Assembly (NCBI GenBank): GCA_040954595.2 | Contig: CM082584.2 | Coordinates: forward strand, 1 to 64,000 | Origin: Balanoglossus misakiensis | Lineage: Eukaryota > Animalia > Hemichordata | Direction: 5' to 3' | DNA length: 64,000 nt | Part shown: positions 12,901-27,700 of the stretch, in pieces | How positions within the stretch are numbered: position 1 is the stretch's first letter | Layout: each line of letters opens with the position of its first letter | Position numbers and translations under genes: made by a program | Notes under the pieces: model-generated | The model's database searches: none | What the model was told of the DNA's origin: nothing | Seen by the model: the letters and a program-made list of their open reading frames with translations, nothing else

Positions 12901-15900
12901 GTATTTAAAGTTTTTGTGCACAAATTAATGGTTATATTCAAAGAAATTATTTAGAATGATTTTCAAGTGTTTAGAAGCCTTTAATCATGTGGCATTCATG
13001 TTGAAATCGCTTGTTAAAACATTTTCATTTGAAGTAAATAATGTGAATAAAAACGATATCATACCGTAATTAAACCCTTTAAGTGAAAAATAATGCGTTT
13101 TATATCAAATTTCAAAGACGGGTTAAATAATGATCTCAGGGTGCTTTTTATGCCTAAATAAGTTTGTTATTAACTTTAAAATGCTTTACGGATCATTTTT
13201 TTTAAAACCTGAAATATGGAACAAGCATTGCTTTAGTATCGTTTTTTAAACAGTTTTCATTGCAAAATAATTAGTTTTTTATCATTTATACAAAGAAAGG
13301 TTTAAGAATTATATATTACTGTATTAGAGCTTTAAATATGCGTGTATTTATCTATCGATTGTTTATTTAATCATATTTTTTTCAAAATATACAATGTGCA
13401 TATAATATCATTTTATAGTGTATTAAATAGTTTTTTTATCAAATGTTCTAACAGTGTTTAAATGCCTAAATTAGTGTTTTGAAATGTTTCTTGTCTTTTT
13501 AGATATAAAAAAGCAATATGGAACAAACATCGTTTTTTATGTCCTATTGAAAAGTTATATAAAGTGTTTAAAAGCCTTAAATCTAGAGAAAAATTTTAAA
13601 AGGAATTTAGAATGTTTATAATACTAAATAAGGGTGTGTTTGAGTTAAATGTGCGATAAGAATTTTCTGGCCCGAATAAAGGATGGTTTTATGTTATGTT
13701 CAAAGAAAGGTTTTAGAATGATTTAACAGTTTTCCAAAGGCTTAAATAGGGGTGTAAATATAAAAAAATTTCAAAAAGGTTTTTAAAAATGATCCCACAT
13801 TGTTTTTTAGCCTGAATTAGTGGTTTTGAATTTAAAATGCTTATTGAATCGTTTTTATTTAATACATGCGATAAGAAACTAATAACGTTTTTAGTATCGT
13901 TTTGAGCAGTTTTCTTGCCAAATAATGTTTTTTTGTAATACATTCAAAAGAGACTTTAGAATGATAAGCAAAACATTTATATTGCTTATTAAATCATTTT
14001 CATATTAAAAACTTAATTTTGGCTTATTTGACTTTTATTCAATACATATACGAATCAAAACATCTATTTTATATCAGTTTTTGGAGTTTATTATATTTTC
14101 AGATGAAAATAATTCGCAAGCCTAAAAATATTGGGTGTTTTTGAATTTGAAATCAGTATCTAATAATTTCTATTTAAAAGTGCGTTATGGACCAAATATC
14201 GTTTTAGTATTGCATTTAAAGTTTTTGTGCACAAATTAATGGTTATTTAGTAGCATATTCAAAGAAATGATTTAGAATGAAAGTGTTCTGAAGCCTTTAA
14301 TCATGTTGCATTCATGTTGAAATCGATTGTTAAAACATTTTCATTTGAAGAAAACAATGTGAATAAAAGAGATTTTATTCCTAATTAAACCCTTTAAGTG
14401 AAAAATAATGCGTTTCATATCAAATTTCAAAGACGGGTTAAATAAAGATCTCAGGGTGCTTTTTATGCCTGAATAAGTTTGTATTTAACTTTAAAATGCT
14501 TTACGGATCATTTTTATTTAAAACCTGATATGGAACAAGTATTGTTTTAGTGTCGTTTTAAACAGTTTTCATTCCCAAATAATTAGTTTTTTATCATCTA
14601 TACAAAGAAAGGTTTAAGAATTACATATTACTGTATTAGAGCTTTAAATATGCGTGCATTTATGTATGTATTGTTTATTTAATCATATTTTTTTCAAAAT
14701 ATACAATGTGCATATAACATCATTTTATACCGAATTAAATAGTTTTTTTTATCATATGTTCTAACAGTGTTTACATGCCTAAATTAGTGTTTTGAAATGT
14801 TTCTTGTCTTTTTAGATATAAAAAAGCAATATGGAACAAACATCGTTTTTTATGTCGTATTGAAAAGTTATATAAAGTGTTTAAAAGCCTTTAATCGAGA
14901 GAAAAATTTTAAAAGGAATTTAGAATGTTCATAATCCTAAATAAGGCCGTGTTTGAGTTAAATGTGCGATATGAAGTTTTTGGGCCCAAATAAAGGATGG
15001 TTTTATGTTATGTTCAAAGAAAGATTTTAGAACGATTTAACAGTTTTCCAAAGGCTTAAAAAGGGGTGTAAATATATAGAAATTGCTTGTTAAATCATTT
15101 CCGTTAAACATAAGCTTTGTGAATATGACATTGATTCTATAAGGTATTAAACATTTTTTGTGAAAAATTAAAGCGTGTTATAGAAAAAAATTTCAAAAAG
15201 GTTTTTAAAAAATGATCCCACATTGTTTTTTAGCATAAATAAGTGGTTTTGAATTTAAAATGCTTATTGAATCGTTTTTATTTAATACATGCGATATGAA
15301 ACTAATAACGTTTTTAATATCGTTTTGAGCAGTTTTCTTGCCAAATAATGTTTTTTTTTGTAATACATTCAAAAGAGACTTTAGAATGATAAGCAAAACA
15401 TTTATATTGCTTATTAAATCATTTTCATATTAAAAACTTAATTTTGGCTTATTTGATTTTATTCAATACATATACGAATCAAAACATCTATTTTATATCA
15501 GTTTTTGGAGTTAATTATATTTTCAGATAAAAATAATTCGCAAGCCTAAAAATATTGGGTGTTTTTGAGTTTGAAATCATTATCTAATAATTTTTATTTA
15601 AAAGTGCGTTATGGACCATATATCGTTTTAGTATTGTATTTAAAGTTTTTGTGCACAAATTAATGGTTATATTCAAAGAAATTGTTTAGAATGATTTTCA
15701 AGTGTTTTGAAGCCTTTAATCATGTTGCATTCATGTTGAAATCGCTTGTTAAAACATTTTCATTTGAAGTAAACAATGTGAATAAAAACGATTTCATACC
15801 GTAATTAAACCCTTTAAGTGAAAAATAATGCGTTTTATATCAAATTTCAAAGACGGGTTAAATAATGATACCAGGGTGCTTTTTATGCCTAAATAAGTTT

Positions 15901-17540
15901 GTATTTAACTTTAAAATGCTTTACGGATCATTTTTATTTAAAACCTGAAATATGGAACAAGCATTGTTTTAGTATCGTTTTAAACAGTTTTCATTCCCAA
16001 ATAATTAGCTTTTTATCATATATACAAAGAAAGGTTTAAGAATTATATATTACTGTATTAGAGCTTTAAATATGCATGTATTTATGTATCGATTGTTTAT
16101 TTAATCATATTTTTTTAAAATATACAATGTGCATATAACATCATTTTATACCGTATTAAATAGTTTTTTTTACCAAATGTTCTAACAGTGTTTACATGCC
16201 TAAATTAGTGTTTTGAAATGTTTCTTGTCTTTTTAAATGTAAAAAAGCAATATGGAACATACATCGTTTTTTATGTCGTATTGAGAAGTTTTCGTGCCAA
16301 AATATTGTGTTTAAGTAATAGTTTCAATGAAAGTTTTTGAATGATTATAAAGTGTTTAAAAGCCTTAAATCGAGAGAAAAATTTTAAAAGTAATTTAGAA
16401 TGTTTATAATCCTAAATAAGATTGTGTTTGAGTTAAATGTGCACGATAAAGTTTTTGGGCCCGAATAAAGGATGGTTTTGTGTTATGTTCAAAGAAAGGT
16501 TAGAATGATTTAACAGTTTTCCAAAGGCTTTAATAGGGGTGTAAATATATAGAAATTGCCTGTTAAATCATTTCCGTTAAACATACGCCTTTTGAATATG
16601 ACATTGATTTTATAAGGTATTAAACATTTTTGTGAGAAAATAAAGCTTCAAGGGTTTAATAATGATCCCACATTGTTTTTTTTGGCCTAAATAAGTGGTT
16701 GTCAATTTAAAATGCTTATTGAATCGTTTTTATTTAAAACATGCAATATGAAACAAATAACATTTTACAGTGTCGTATTGTGCAGTTTTCTTGCCAAATA
16801 ATGTTTTTTTTGTAATACTTTTAAAAAAGACTTTAGAATGAAAGAAAACCGGTTCAATGCCTCGAAAAACATTTATATTGGAATTGCTTGCTAAATCATT
16901 TTTGTGAATTCTTGCATAATAATTGTTTATAATTCCAAATATTAAAAACTTAGCTTATTAAATTAGATTATTATAGACGAAAATCATTTCAAAGCCTAAA
17001 AATATGGGCTGTTTTTGAGTTTGAAATCATTATCTAATAATTTTTATCAAAAACGTACGTTATGGACTAAATATCGTTTTGGTATTGTATTTAAAGATTT
17101 CGAATGATTTTAAAGTCTTCTGAAGCATTTAATCATTATGTATTTATGTTGAAATCGCTTTTTAAATCATTTTCATTTGAAATAAACAATGTTTGACAAA
17201 GTCTCTCTTGGAAGAGTTATTACTCTCATATCACACAAGCGAGATGGTTGTCGGTAAATGTTGATTCTCTATATATCCACAAGGGGTGTTTATATTTTCG
17301 AAAACAAAGTTAATGTTTTAAGCCCTTTTTTAATTGGAAATGATAAATGAGTCATTTTTAATTTATACTTGGAATATAGAATAATCATCATATTTGCACC
17401 CAAATAATGAGTTTTAAATAATATTTTCAAAAAGATGATTCAAATTGATTTCCATTGTTTTGAATCCTTAATAAATAAATTTTATTAATTAGCTGTCAGA
17501 GAATTTGTAGGAGTTTGTATTATTGACAGAAGTGAGTTCT
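9989..17540 (+). repeat. Satellite C: AT-rich tandem array, ~1.3-1.45-kb units plus ~350-bp partial units (1770-bp period at 10561/12331)
   Basis: The marker cattcaaaagagactttagaatgataag occurs at ~10506, 10861, 12282, 12631, 13941 and 15366, with a degenerate copy near 16820. Confidence 0.93.
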
Positions 17541-20500
17541 TATATGGTCAGGATCTTTGGTCGTGTATAAAAATTGCAGGTTTTGGTTCGGAATAGAGTA
17601 AAAGCGTTTTAAATTAGTTGGGTTAGCAGTACGAGTTTGGATTTTTGTTACATTAAGAGTTATTTGGGTGGCCTTCGAGTATTGATAACATGCTTGGGCA
17701 ATGTTAGGGCTAGGGTCAATTTTGATTTGGTTTGGGATAATTGAGTTATGATAGGTTGGGTGACTGCCAGGATTTAAATTTGTGGTGGGGCTAGTGCGGC
17801 TTTGGGGATGTAGGTCTGGGTGCTGATAGGAGTGCGTGGGAATAGGTTGGGGTAAAGTTGTGTGGTAGTGGTGATAGCTGGCAAGGTCGCGAGCCTTAGT
17901 TTAAGTTTGGAGTTGGATCGGTGATTGTTGTTTGAGTAATAACGTATTTTTTAATTCTGGGATTGACTTCGGGTCTAGGTTTGATGTAAGATGTGGATTG
18001 TGTCGGTTTAAATTGGGGTCCCAGTAAGGATTAGGTTTCGGGATGAGTGTGGAAGGATGATATACGGATGATAGATGGGATCAAATCATTGGGCGTGTAT
18101 TTGCTACAAATGGTAGGTATTGGTTCGTAATAGAGTCTTGGTGTTGTATATTCAGGGTGGCAGTGGTATGAGTTTGGTTTAGGCCAATCTTTAAGTTAAA
18201 TATTATTTGGGTTACCACCGTTGAGAATTGATGCATTGATGCATTGATGATAAGTGGGGCTTGATTGAGTTTGGTTTGTTTGGGCTATGATAGGTTGAGT
18301 GATGGCTAGGATTTGTGGTGGGAATAAGGTGTGGTCACGTAAGAGATTGAGGCATTATAGGGTCTGGTGCGGCTTGGGTGAACGAGGCAAGGGTGGTGAT
18401 GAGGGTGCGAGTAGGAGTATGTTCGGGTAAAGTTGGGTGTGACTGGTGTTGGGGTGGTTGGTGATAGCTGACAAGGTCGTGTGAGTTAGTTTAGGTTTTG
18501 AGTTGGATCGATGATTGTTGTTTGAGCAATAAGGTATTTTTGAGAGTACAACACTGGGATTGACTTCGGGGAGAGGTTTGAGGTACGAATGGGATTGGGT
18601 CATTGGTTTAAGGTGGGGTTCCGTAAGGATTAGGTTTTTGGATGAGTGTGGATGAATGATATATGGGTGATAGATGGGATGGGTGATAGTTGAATATTTG
18701 AAGGGATTAAATCTTTGGTCGCCTATTTTCTACAAATGGTTTGTAAAAAAAGAGTCCTGATGTATTGTTGGAGTGGAAGCGGTATGAGTTAAGTGTTATT
18801 TGGTTTGCCGTCGGGTATTGATGGTAGGCTTAGGGTAGGGTCAATTTTGATTTGGTTTGGATTGTTTTGGCATAATAGGTTGGGTGACTGCCAGGATTTA
18901 AATTTGTGGTTGGTGTAAGGTGTGGTGTAAGAGATGGTGCGGTTTTGGTGAAGGAGGCCAGGGTGGTGATGGGAGTGCGAGTGTGAATAGGTTTGGGTAA
19001 AGTTGGGTGGGAGTGGTGACGGGGTGGTGAGTGGTAGCTGATTTAGTTTAACATTATAGTTTGATAGGTGATTGGTGTTTGAGTAATATGAATTTTTTTG
19101 ATAGTATAATTCTTGCATTGACTTCGGGGTGATGTTTGAGGTACGAAGTTGATTGGGTTATCGGATTAGGGTGGGGCCCAGTAAGGATTAAGTTTCGGGA
19201 TGAGTGTGGAATGATGATATATGGGATCAAATCTTTGGTCGTGTATTTGCTACAAATGGTAGGTATTGGTTCGTAATAGAGTCTTGGTGTTGTATATTTC
19301 GGGTGGCAGTGGTATGAGTTTGGTTTATGCCAATCTTTAAGTTAAGTGTTATTTGGGTTACCACCGTTGAGCATTGATGGCTTGGTTGATGATAAGTGGG
19401 GCAAGAATGATTGAGTTTGGTTTGTTTGGGCTATGATAGGTTGAGTGATGGCTAGGATTTGTGGTGGTCACGTAAGAGATTGAGGCATTATAGGGTCTGG
19501 TGCGGTTTTGGTGAAGGAGGCCAGGGTGGTGATGAGGGTACGAGTAGGAGTATGTTCGGGTAAAGTTGGATGTGAGTGGTGTTGGGGTGGTGGGTGATAG
19601 CTGACAAGGTCGTGTGAGTTAGTTTAAGTTTAGAGTTGGATCGATGATTGGTGTTTGAGCAATAAGGTATTTTTTGAGAGTACAATACTGGGATTGACTT
19701 CGGGTAGGGGTTTGAGGTACGAATTGGATTGGGTCATTGGTTTAAGGTGGGGTTCCAGTAAGGATTTGGTTTTGGGATGAGTGTGGATGAATGATATATG
19801 GGTGATAGATGGGATGGGTGATAGATGAATATTTGAAGGGATTAAATCTTTGGTCGTCTATTTTCTACAAATGGTTTGTAAAAAAAGAGTCCTGATGTAT
19901 TGTTGGAGTGGCAGCGGTATGAGTTAAGTGTTATTTGGTTTGCCGTCGGGTATTGATGGTAGGCTTAGGGTAGGGTCAATTTTGTTTTGGTTTGGATTGT
20001 TTTGGCATAATAGGTTGGGTGACTGCCAGGATTTAAATTTGTGGTTGGTGTAAGGTGTGGTGTAAGAGATGGTGCGGTTTTGGTGAAGGAGGCCAGGGTG
20101 GTGATGGGAGTGCGAGTGTGAATAGGTTTGGGTAAAGTTGGGTGGGAGTGGTGACGGGGTGGTGAGTGGTAGCTGAGTTAGTTTAACATTATAGTTTGAT
20201 AGGTGATTGGTGTTTGAGTAATAAGAATTTTTTTGATAGTATAATTCTTGCATTGACTTCGGGGTGATGTTTGAGGTACGAAGTTGATTGGGTTATCGGA
20301 TTAGGGTGGGGCCACAGTAAGGATTAGGTTTCGGCATGAGTGTGGAAGGATGATATATGGATGATAGATGGGATCAAATCTTTGGTCGTGTATTTGCTAC
20401 AAATGGTAGGTATTGGTTCGTAATATCGTCTTGGTTTTGTATATTTGGGGTGGCAGTGGTATGAGTTTGGATTTATGCCAATCTTTAAGTTATTTGGGTT

Positions 20501-20950
20501 GCCGTTGAGCATTGATAGCTTGGATGATGATAAGTGGGGCTAGGGTCAATTTTGTTTGGGTTTGGGTTGTTTGGGCTATGATAGGTTGGGTGATGGCTAG
20601 GATTTGTGGTGGGTGTAAGGTGTGGAGTAAAAGAGGGAGGCATTATGTGGTCTGCTGCGGTTTTGGTGAAGGAGGCCAGGGTGATGATGGGGGAACGAGT
20701 GGGAATAGGCTGGGGTGAAGTTGGGTGGGAGTAGTGACGGGATGGTGAAAGTGTAAGTTTGGAATTGGATCGATGATTGGTGTTTGAGTAATAAAGTATT
20801 TTTTGAGAGTACAATTCTGGGACTGACTTCGGGGTGAGGTTTTGGGTCATGGGATTAATGTGGGGTCCCAGTAAGGATTAGGTTTCGGGATGAGTGTGGA
20901 TGAATGATCTATGGATGATAGATGGGATGGGTGATAGATGAATATTAGGA
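17541..20950 (+). repeat. Satellite B: G/T-skewed tandem array, ~1.14-kb unit built from two diverged ~570-bp halves
   Basis: Near-identical spurious ORFs at 18789 and 19924 (offset 1135). The marker gtgtatttgctacaaatggtaggtattggttcgtaata occurs at ~18095, ~19241 and ~20388. Confidence 0.93.
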
Positions 20951-21200
20951 TGGTTCAAAGATGGATGGTAAAAGATGGATTTTTAAATGATGGATGAATG
21001 ACAGATGGATTTAACTTAATTTGATTGTTTAATATAATGTATTTTAATTAATTTGTTTTGTTTTGATTTAATTTGATTTTTATTTGATTTAATTAATATA
21101 ATTTATTTTACTCTAATTTAATTTTATAACATTAATAATATGATTTCGATTTAATTTAATTTCATTTATTTCAATTTGATTTGATTTGAGTGCTATTCCT
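20951..21200. repeat. Low-complexity GATG-rich tract followed by a (TTTAA/TTTGA)-like AT tract
   Basis: gatggatg runs followed by ttaatttgattt pentamer-like repeats. Confidence 0.75.
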
Positions 21201-21745
21201 TTTATTAAATGAACACACGTACACAATAGGTGAATCGGCTCAATGGGCAACAATTTTAATGAACTGAAGAAAGAAGAAATTGTACATCGAAGTGAAAGGC
21301 TTCCCTAAGGTCACAAAATTTCGTGTATAAAGACTCCATTGTGTGCTCAATCATCCCAAACGCCAGGGGTCTAACTGCTCTGGATGCTGAGATATGAGAA
21401 AGTAAGTCAAAGGTCACCCAAAATTGGGGCATAAAATTTTGACCCCATGGTGGGCCTCCAACCAAAACCAGACCTCCAGCCCTATCATGTGACTAATTAA
21501 ATATTTACGAGCCACTGCAATCATTGGTCCCTATCACCCTACCAAGTTTCAGCCCCATAGGTTATGCGGTTTTCGAAATCCGGTCGAATTTTGGAGAATT
21601 ATTAAAGCTGCAAGCAGCGCTGATCTGGAATTATTTATGTACATTATGAATTATAGGAAACATAATGCTCTATCAGGTGTTTATCCCAGGCAAGGGTTAT
21701 ACAATACAAAAGCGATGTTATTTCCATATCGCATGTTTTTAATAT
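21201..21745. other. Non-satellite spacer island, probably a fragment of an interspersed non-autonomous repeat
   Basis: Complex sequence containing gtcaaaggtca, accaagtttcag and gcggttttcga. The last ~45 bp resemble satellite C in the inverted orientation (tttccatatcgcatgt). Confidence 0.45.
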
Positions 21746-24700
21746 TTGACCCTTGACTCTCGATCTCTAACACTTTACCTTTGACCATTGACCAGCTGTC
21801 TGAACTATAACCCTTGAACCCCTTGACCCTCGATCTCCAACTCTTAAACCCTTGACCTTTGACCCTTGAACTCTAACATTTGACCCTTGAGTCTTGATCT
21901 CTAACCCTTGACCTTAGACCCGTGAACCCAAAACTCTTGACTCTTGAACCTGACCACTGACCCTGCTTGACCCATCAACTATAATCCTTGACCTTTGACC
22001 CTTGACCCCTTGACCCTCAATCTCCAACTCTTAAACTCTAACCATTGACCTTTGAACTCTAATCCTTGACCATTGAACTCCAACACTTGATCCTTGACCA
22101 CTTGAACCTTGGACTCTAACCATTGAACCTTTGACCCATGACCTAGAACCCTTGACCCATGAGCTCTTACCCTTGACCCTTGAACTCTTACCTTGACCCT
22201 TGAACTCTTACCTTTGACATTTGATCTCTAACCCTTGACCTATGACCTTTGAAATCTAACCTTTGACCCTTGAAACAAAACACTTGACCCTTAAACCCTA
22301 AACTTAACAACTGACCCATAATGCTTGACCCTTAAACCCTTGACCCTTAAACTATAACCCTTGAACGTCAACTGTTGACCCATCAACTATAATCCATGAC
22401 CTTTGACCCTTGATCTCCAACTCTTGAACTCTAACCCCTGACCTTTGTCGCTTGAACTCTAACCCTTGACCCTTGAACTCGAACCCTTTAACTCTAACAT
22501 TTGACCCTTGAACTCTTATCCTTGACATTTGATCTCTAACCCTTGACCTTTGACCCTTGATATTTAACCCTTGACCCTTGAAACAAAATTCTTGATCCTT
22601 GAACCCAAACCTTGACAACTGACCCTGAATGCTTGACCCTTAAACCCTTGACCCTAGAACCCTTGACCATTAAACTCTAACCCTTGAACGCCAACTGTTG
22701 ACCCATCAACAATAATCCTTGACCTTTGACCCTTGACCCCTTGATCTCCAACTCTTGAACTCTAACCCTTGACCTTTGACCCTTGAACTCAAATCCTTGG
22801 CTGGTGAACTCTAACCCTTGACCGTTGAACTCAAATCCTTGACCCTTGACCCCTTGAACTCTAACCCTTGATCCTTGTGCTCATAGCCTTGACCCTTGAC
22901 CCCCTTGACCCTCGATCTCCAACTCTTGAACTCTAACCCTTGACCCCTTGAACTCTAACCCTTGATCCTTGACCCCTTGAACCTTGGACTCCAACCATTA
23001 AACCTTTGACCCATGAACTCTAACCCTTGACCCTTGAGCTCTTACCCTTGACCCCATGACCCTCGATCTCCAACTCTTGAACTCTAACTCTTGACCCCTT
23101 GAACCTTGGACTCTGGCCATTGAACCTTTGACCCATGAACTCCAACCCTTGACCCTTGAGCTCTTACCCTTGAACCTTTGACCCTCAATCTCCAACTCTT
23201 TAACTCTAACCCTTGACCTTTGACCCTTGAACTCTTACCCTTGACTATTGATCTCTAACCCTTGATCTTTGACCCTTGAACTCTAACCCTTGAACTCTCT
23301 CTTCTCCTCCCCCTCACTCTCCATCCCATTCTCTCTCCGTTACTCTCTAATAATAAATGTTAAACCCTAAACTTGACAACTGAGCCTTAATGCTTGACCC
23401 TTACACCCTTGACCCTAGAACCCTTGACCATTAAACTCTAACCCTTGAACGCCAACTGTTGACCCATCAACTATAATCCTTGATCTTTGACCCTTGACCT
23501 TTGACCCTTGAACTCTAATCCTTCACTCTTGAACTCTAACATTTGACCCTTGAGTCATGATCTCTCACCCTTGACCTTTGACCCTTGAAATTTAACTCTT
23601 GAACCCAAAACTCTTGACCCTTGAACCTTACCACTGACCCTGCTTCACCCTTAAACCCTTGACCATTAAACTCTAACCCTTGACCTTTGAACTCTAATCC
23701 TTGACCTTTGACCCCTTGACCACTTGAACCTTGGACTCTAACCATTGAACCCTTGACCCATGAACTCTAACCCTTGACCCATGTGCTCTTACCCTTGACC
23801 CTTAACTTTACCCTTGACATTTGATCTCTAACCCTTGACCTTTGAAAAAAACTCTTGACCCTTAAACCCTAAACTTGACAACTGACCCTTAAACTCTAAC
23901 CCTTGAACGTCAACTGTTGACCAATCAACTATAATCCTTGACCTTTGACCCTTGATCTCCAACTCGTGAACTCTAACCCTTGAACTCAAATCCTTGACCC
24001 AGGACCCCTTGACCATTGAGTTCTAACCCTTGATCCTTGACCCTTGAACCTTGGACTCTAACCCTTGACCCTCGATCTCCAAGTCTTGAACTCTAACCCT
24101 TGACCCCTTGAACCATGGACTCAAACCATTGAACCTCTGACCCATGAACTCCAACCCTTGACCCTTGAGCTCTTACCCTTGACCCCTTGACCCTCGATCT
24201 CCAACTGTTGAACTCTAACCCTTGACCTTTGACCATTGAACTCTAACCCTTGACCCTTGAACTCTAACATTTGACCCTTGAACTCTTACCCTTGACTCTT
24301 GATCTCTAACCCTTGAACTCTAACCCTTGAACTCTCACATTTGACCCTTGAACTCTTACCCTTGACATTTGATCTATAACCCTCGACCTTTGAGCCTTGA
24401 AATCTAACCCTTGACCCTTGAAACTAAACTCTTGACCCTTAAACCCTAAACTTGATAACTGACCCTTAATGCTTGACCTTTAAACCCTTGACCCTAGAAC
24501 CCTTGACCATTAAACTCTAACCCTTGAACGCCAACTGTTGACCCATCAACTATAATCCTTGACCTTTGCGCCTTGACCCCTTGAACTCTAACCCTTGACC
24601 TTTGACCCTTGAACCCAAATCATTGGCTCGTGAACTCTAACCCTTGACCGTTGAACTCAAATCCTTGACCCTTGACCCCTTGAACTTTAACCCTTGATCC

Positions 24701-27700
24701 GTGTGCTCATACCCTTGACCCTTGACCCTCGATCTCCAACTCTTGAACTCTAACCCTTGACCTTTGACCATTGAACTCTAACCCTTGATCCTTGACCCCT
24801 TGAAACTTGGACTCTAACCATTGAACCTCTGACCCATGAACTCCAACCCTTGACCCTTGAAACTAAACTCTTGACCCTTAAACCCTAAACTTGACAACTG
24901 GCCCTTAAAGCTTGACCTTTAAACCCTTGACCCTAGAACCCTAGACCATTAAACTCTAACCCTTGAACGCCAACTGTTGACCCATCAACTATAATCCTTG
25001 ACCTTGACCCCTTGAACTCTAACCCTTGACCTTTGACCCTTGAACTCAAACCTTGGCTCGTGAACTCTAACCCTTGACCGTTGAACTCAAATCCTTGACC
25101 CTTGACCCCTCGACCATTGAACTCTAACCCTTGATCCTTGTGCTCATACCCTTGACCCCCTTGACCCTCGATCTCCAACTCTTGAACTCATACCCTTGAC
25201 CTTTGACCCTTGAACTCAAATCATTGGCTCGTGAACTCTAACCCTTGACCGTTGAACTCAAATCCTTGACCCTTGACCCTTTGATCATTGAACTCTAACC
25301 CTTGATCCTTGTGCTCATACCCTTGACCCCCTTGACCCTTGATCTCCAACTCTTGAACTCATACCCCTGACCTTTGTTGCTTAAACTCTAACCCTTGGCT
25401 CGTGAACTCTAACCCTTGACCTTTGACCATTGAAATCTAACCCTTGAACCCAAAACCCTAACCCTTGACCATTAAACTCTAACCCTTGAACGCCAACTGT
25501 TGACCCATCAACTACAATCATTGACCTTTGACCCTTGACCCTCGATCTCCAACTCTTAAACTCTAACCCTTGACCTCTAATCCTTGATCCTATACCGCTT
25601 GAACCTTGGACTCTAACCATTAAACCTCTAACCCATGAACTCCAACCCTCGACCCTTGAACTCTAACCCTTGACCTTTGAACTCTAACATTTGACCCTTG
25701 AACTCTTACCCTTGATTATTGATCTCTAACCCTTGAACCCTAGACCATTAAACTCTAACCCTTGAACGCCAACTGTTGACCCATCAACTGTAATCCTTGA
25801 CCTTTGACCCTTGACCCCTTGATCTCCAACTCTTGAACTCTAACCCTTGACCTTTGACCCTTGAACTCAAATCCTTGGCTGGTGAACTCTAACCCTTGAC
25901 CGTTGAACTCAAATCCTTGACCCTTGACCCCTTGACCATTGAACTCTAACCCTTGATCCTTGTGCTCATAGCCTTGACCCTTGACCCCCTTGACCCTCGA
26001 TCTAAAACTCTTGATCTCTAACCCTTGACCCTTGACCCCTTGACCATTGAACTCTAACCCTTGATCCTTGACCCCTTGAACCTTGGACTCTAACCATTGA
26101 ACCTTTGACCCATGAACTCTAACCCTTGACCCATGTGCTCTTACCCTTGACCCTTAACTTTACCCTTGACCCTTGAACTCTTACCCTTGACATTTGATCT
26201 CTAACCCTTGACCTTTGAAAAAAAACTCTTGACCCTTAAACCCTAAACTTGACAACTGACCCTTAAACTCTAACCCTTGAACGTCAACTGTTGACCCATC
26301 AACTATAATCCTTGACCTTTGACCCTTGATCTCCAACTCGTGAACTCTAACCCTTGAACTCAAATCCTTGACCCAGGACCCCTTGACCATTGAGTTCTAA
26401 CCCTTGATCCTTGACCCTTGAACCTTGGACTCTAACCCTTGACCCTCGATCTCCAAGTCTTGAACTCTAACCCTTGACCTTTGACCCTTGAACTCTAATC
26501 CTTGACCCCTTGAACCATGGACTCAAACCATTGAACCTCTGACCCATGAACTCCAACCCTTGACCCTTGAGCTCTTACCCTTGACCCCTTGACCCTCGAT
26601 CTCCAACTGTTGAACTCTAACCCTTGACCTTTGACCATTGAACTCTAACCCTTGACCCTTGAACTCTAACATTTGACCCTTGAACTCTTACCCTTGACTC
26701 TTGATCTCTAACCCTTGAACTCTAACCCTTGAACTCTCACATTTGACCCTTGAACTCTTACCCTTGACATTTGATCTATAACCCTCGACCTTTGAGCCTT
26801 GAAATCTAACCCTTGACCCTTGAAACTAAACTCTTGACCCTTAAACCCTAAACTTGATAACTGACCCTTAATGCTTGACCTTTAAACCCTTGACCCTAGA
26901 ACCCTTGACCATTAAACTCTAACCCTTGAACGCCAACTGTTGACCCATCAACTATAATCCTTGACCTTTGCGCCTTGACCCCTTGAACTCTAACCCTTGA
27001 CCTTTGACCCTTGAACCCAAATCATTGGCTCGTGAACTCTAACCCTTGACCGTTGAACTCAAATCCTTGACCCTTGACCCCTTGAACTTTAACCCTTGAT
27101 CCGTGTGCTCATACCCTTGACCCTTGACCCTCGATCTCCAACTCTTGAACTCTAACCCTTGACCTTTGACCATTGAACTCTAACCCTTGATCCTTGACCC
27201 CTTGAAACTTGGACTCTAACCATTGAACCTCTGACCCATGAACTCCAACCCTTGACCCTTGAAACTAAACTCTTGACCCTTAAACCCTAAACTTGACAAC
27301 TGGCCCTTAAAGCTTGACCTTTAAACCCTTGACCCTAGAACCCTAGACCATTAAACTCTAACCCTTGAAAGCCAACTGTTGACCCATCAACTATAATCCT
27401 TGACCTTGACCCCTTGAACTCTAACCCTTGACCTTTGACCCTTGAACTCAAACCTTGGCTCGTGAACTCTAACCCTTGACCGTTGAACTCAAATCCTTGA
27501 CCCTTGACCCCTCGACCATTGAACTATAACCCTTGATCCTTGTGCTCATAACCTTGACCCCCTTGACCCTCGATCTCCAACTCTTGAACTCATACCCTTG
27601 ACCTTTGACCCTTGAACTCAAATCATTGGCTCGTGAACTCTAACCCTTGACCGTTGAACTCAAATCCTTGACCCTTGACCCTTTGATCATTGAACTCTAA

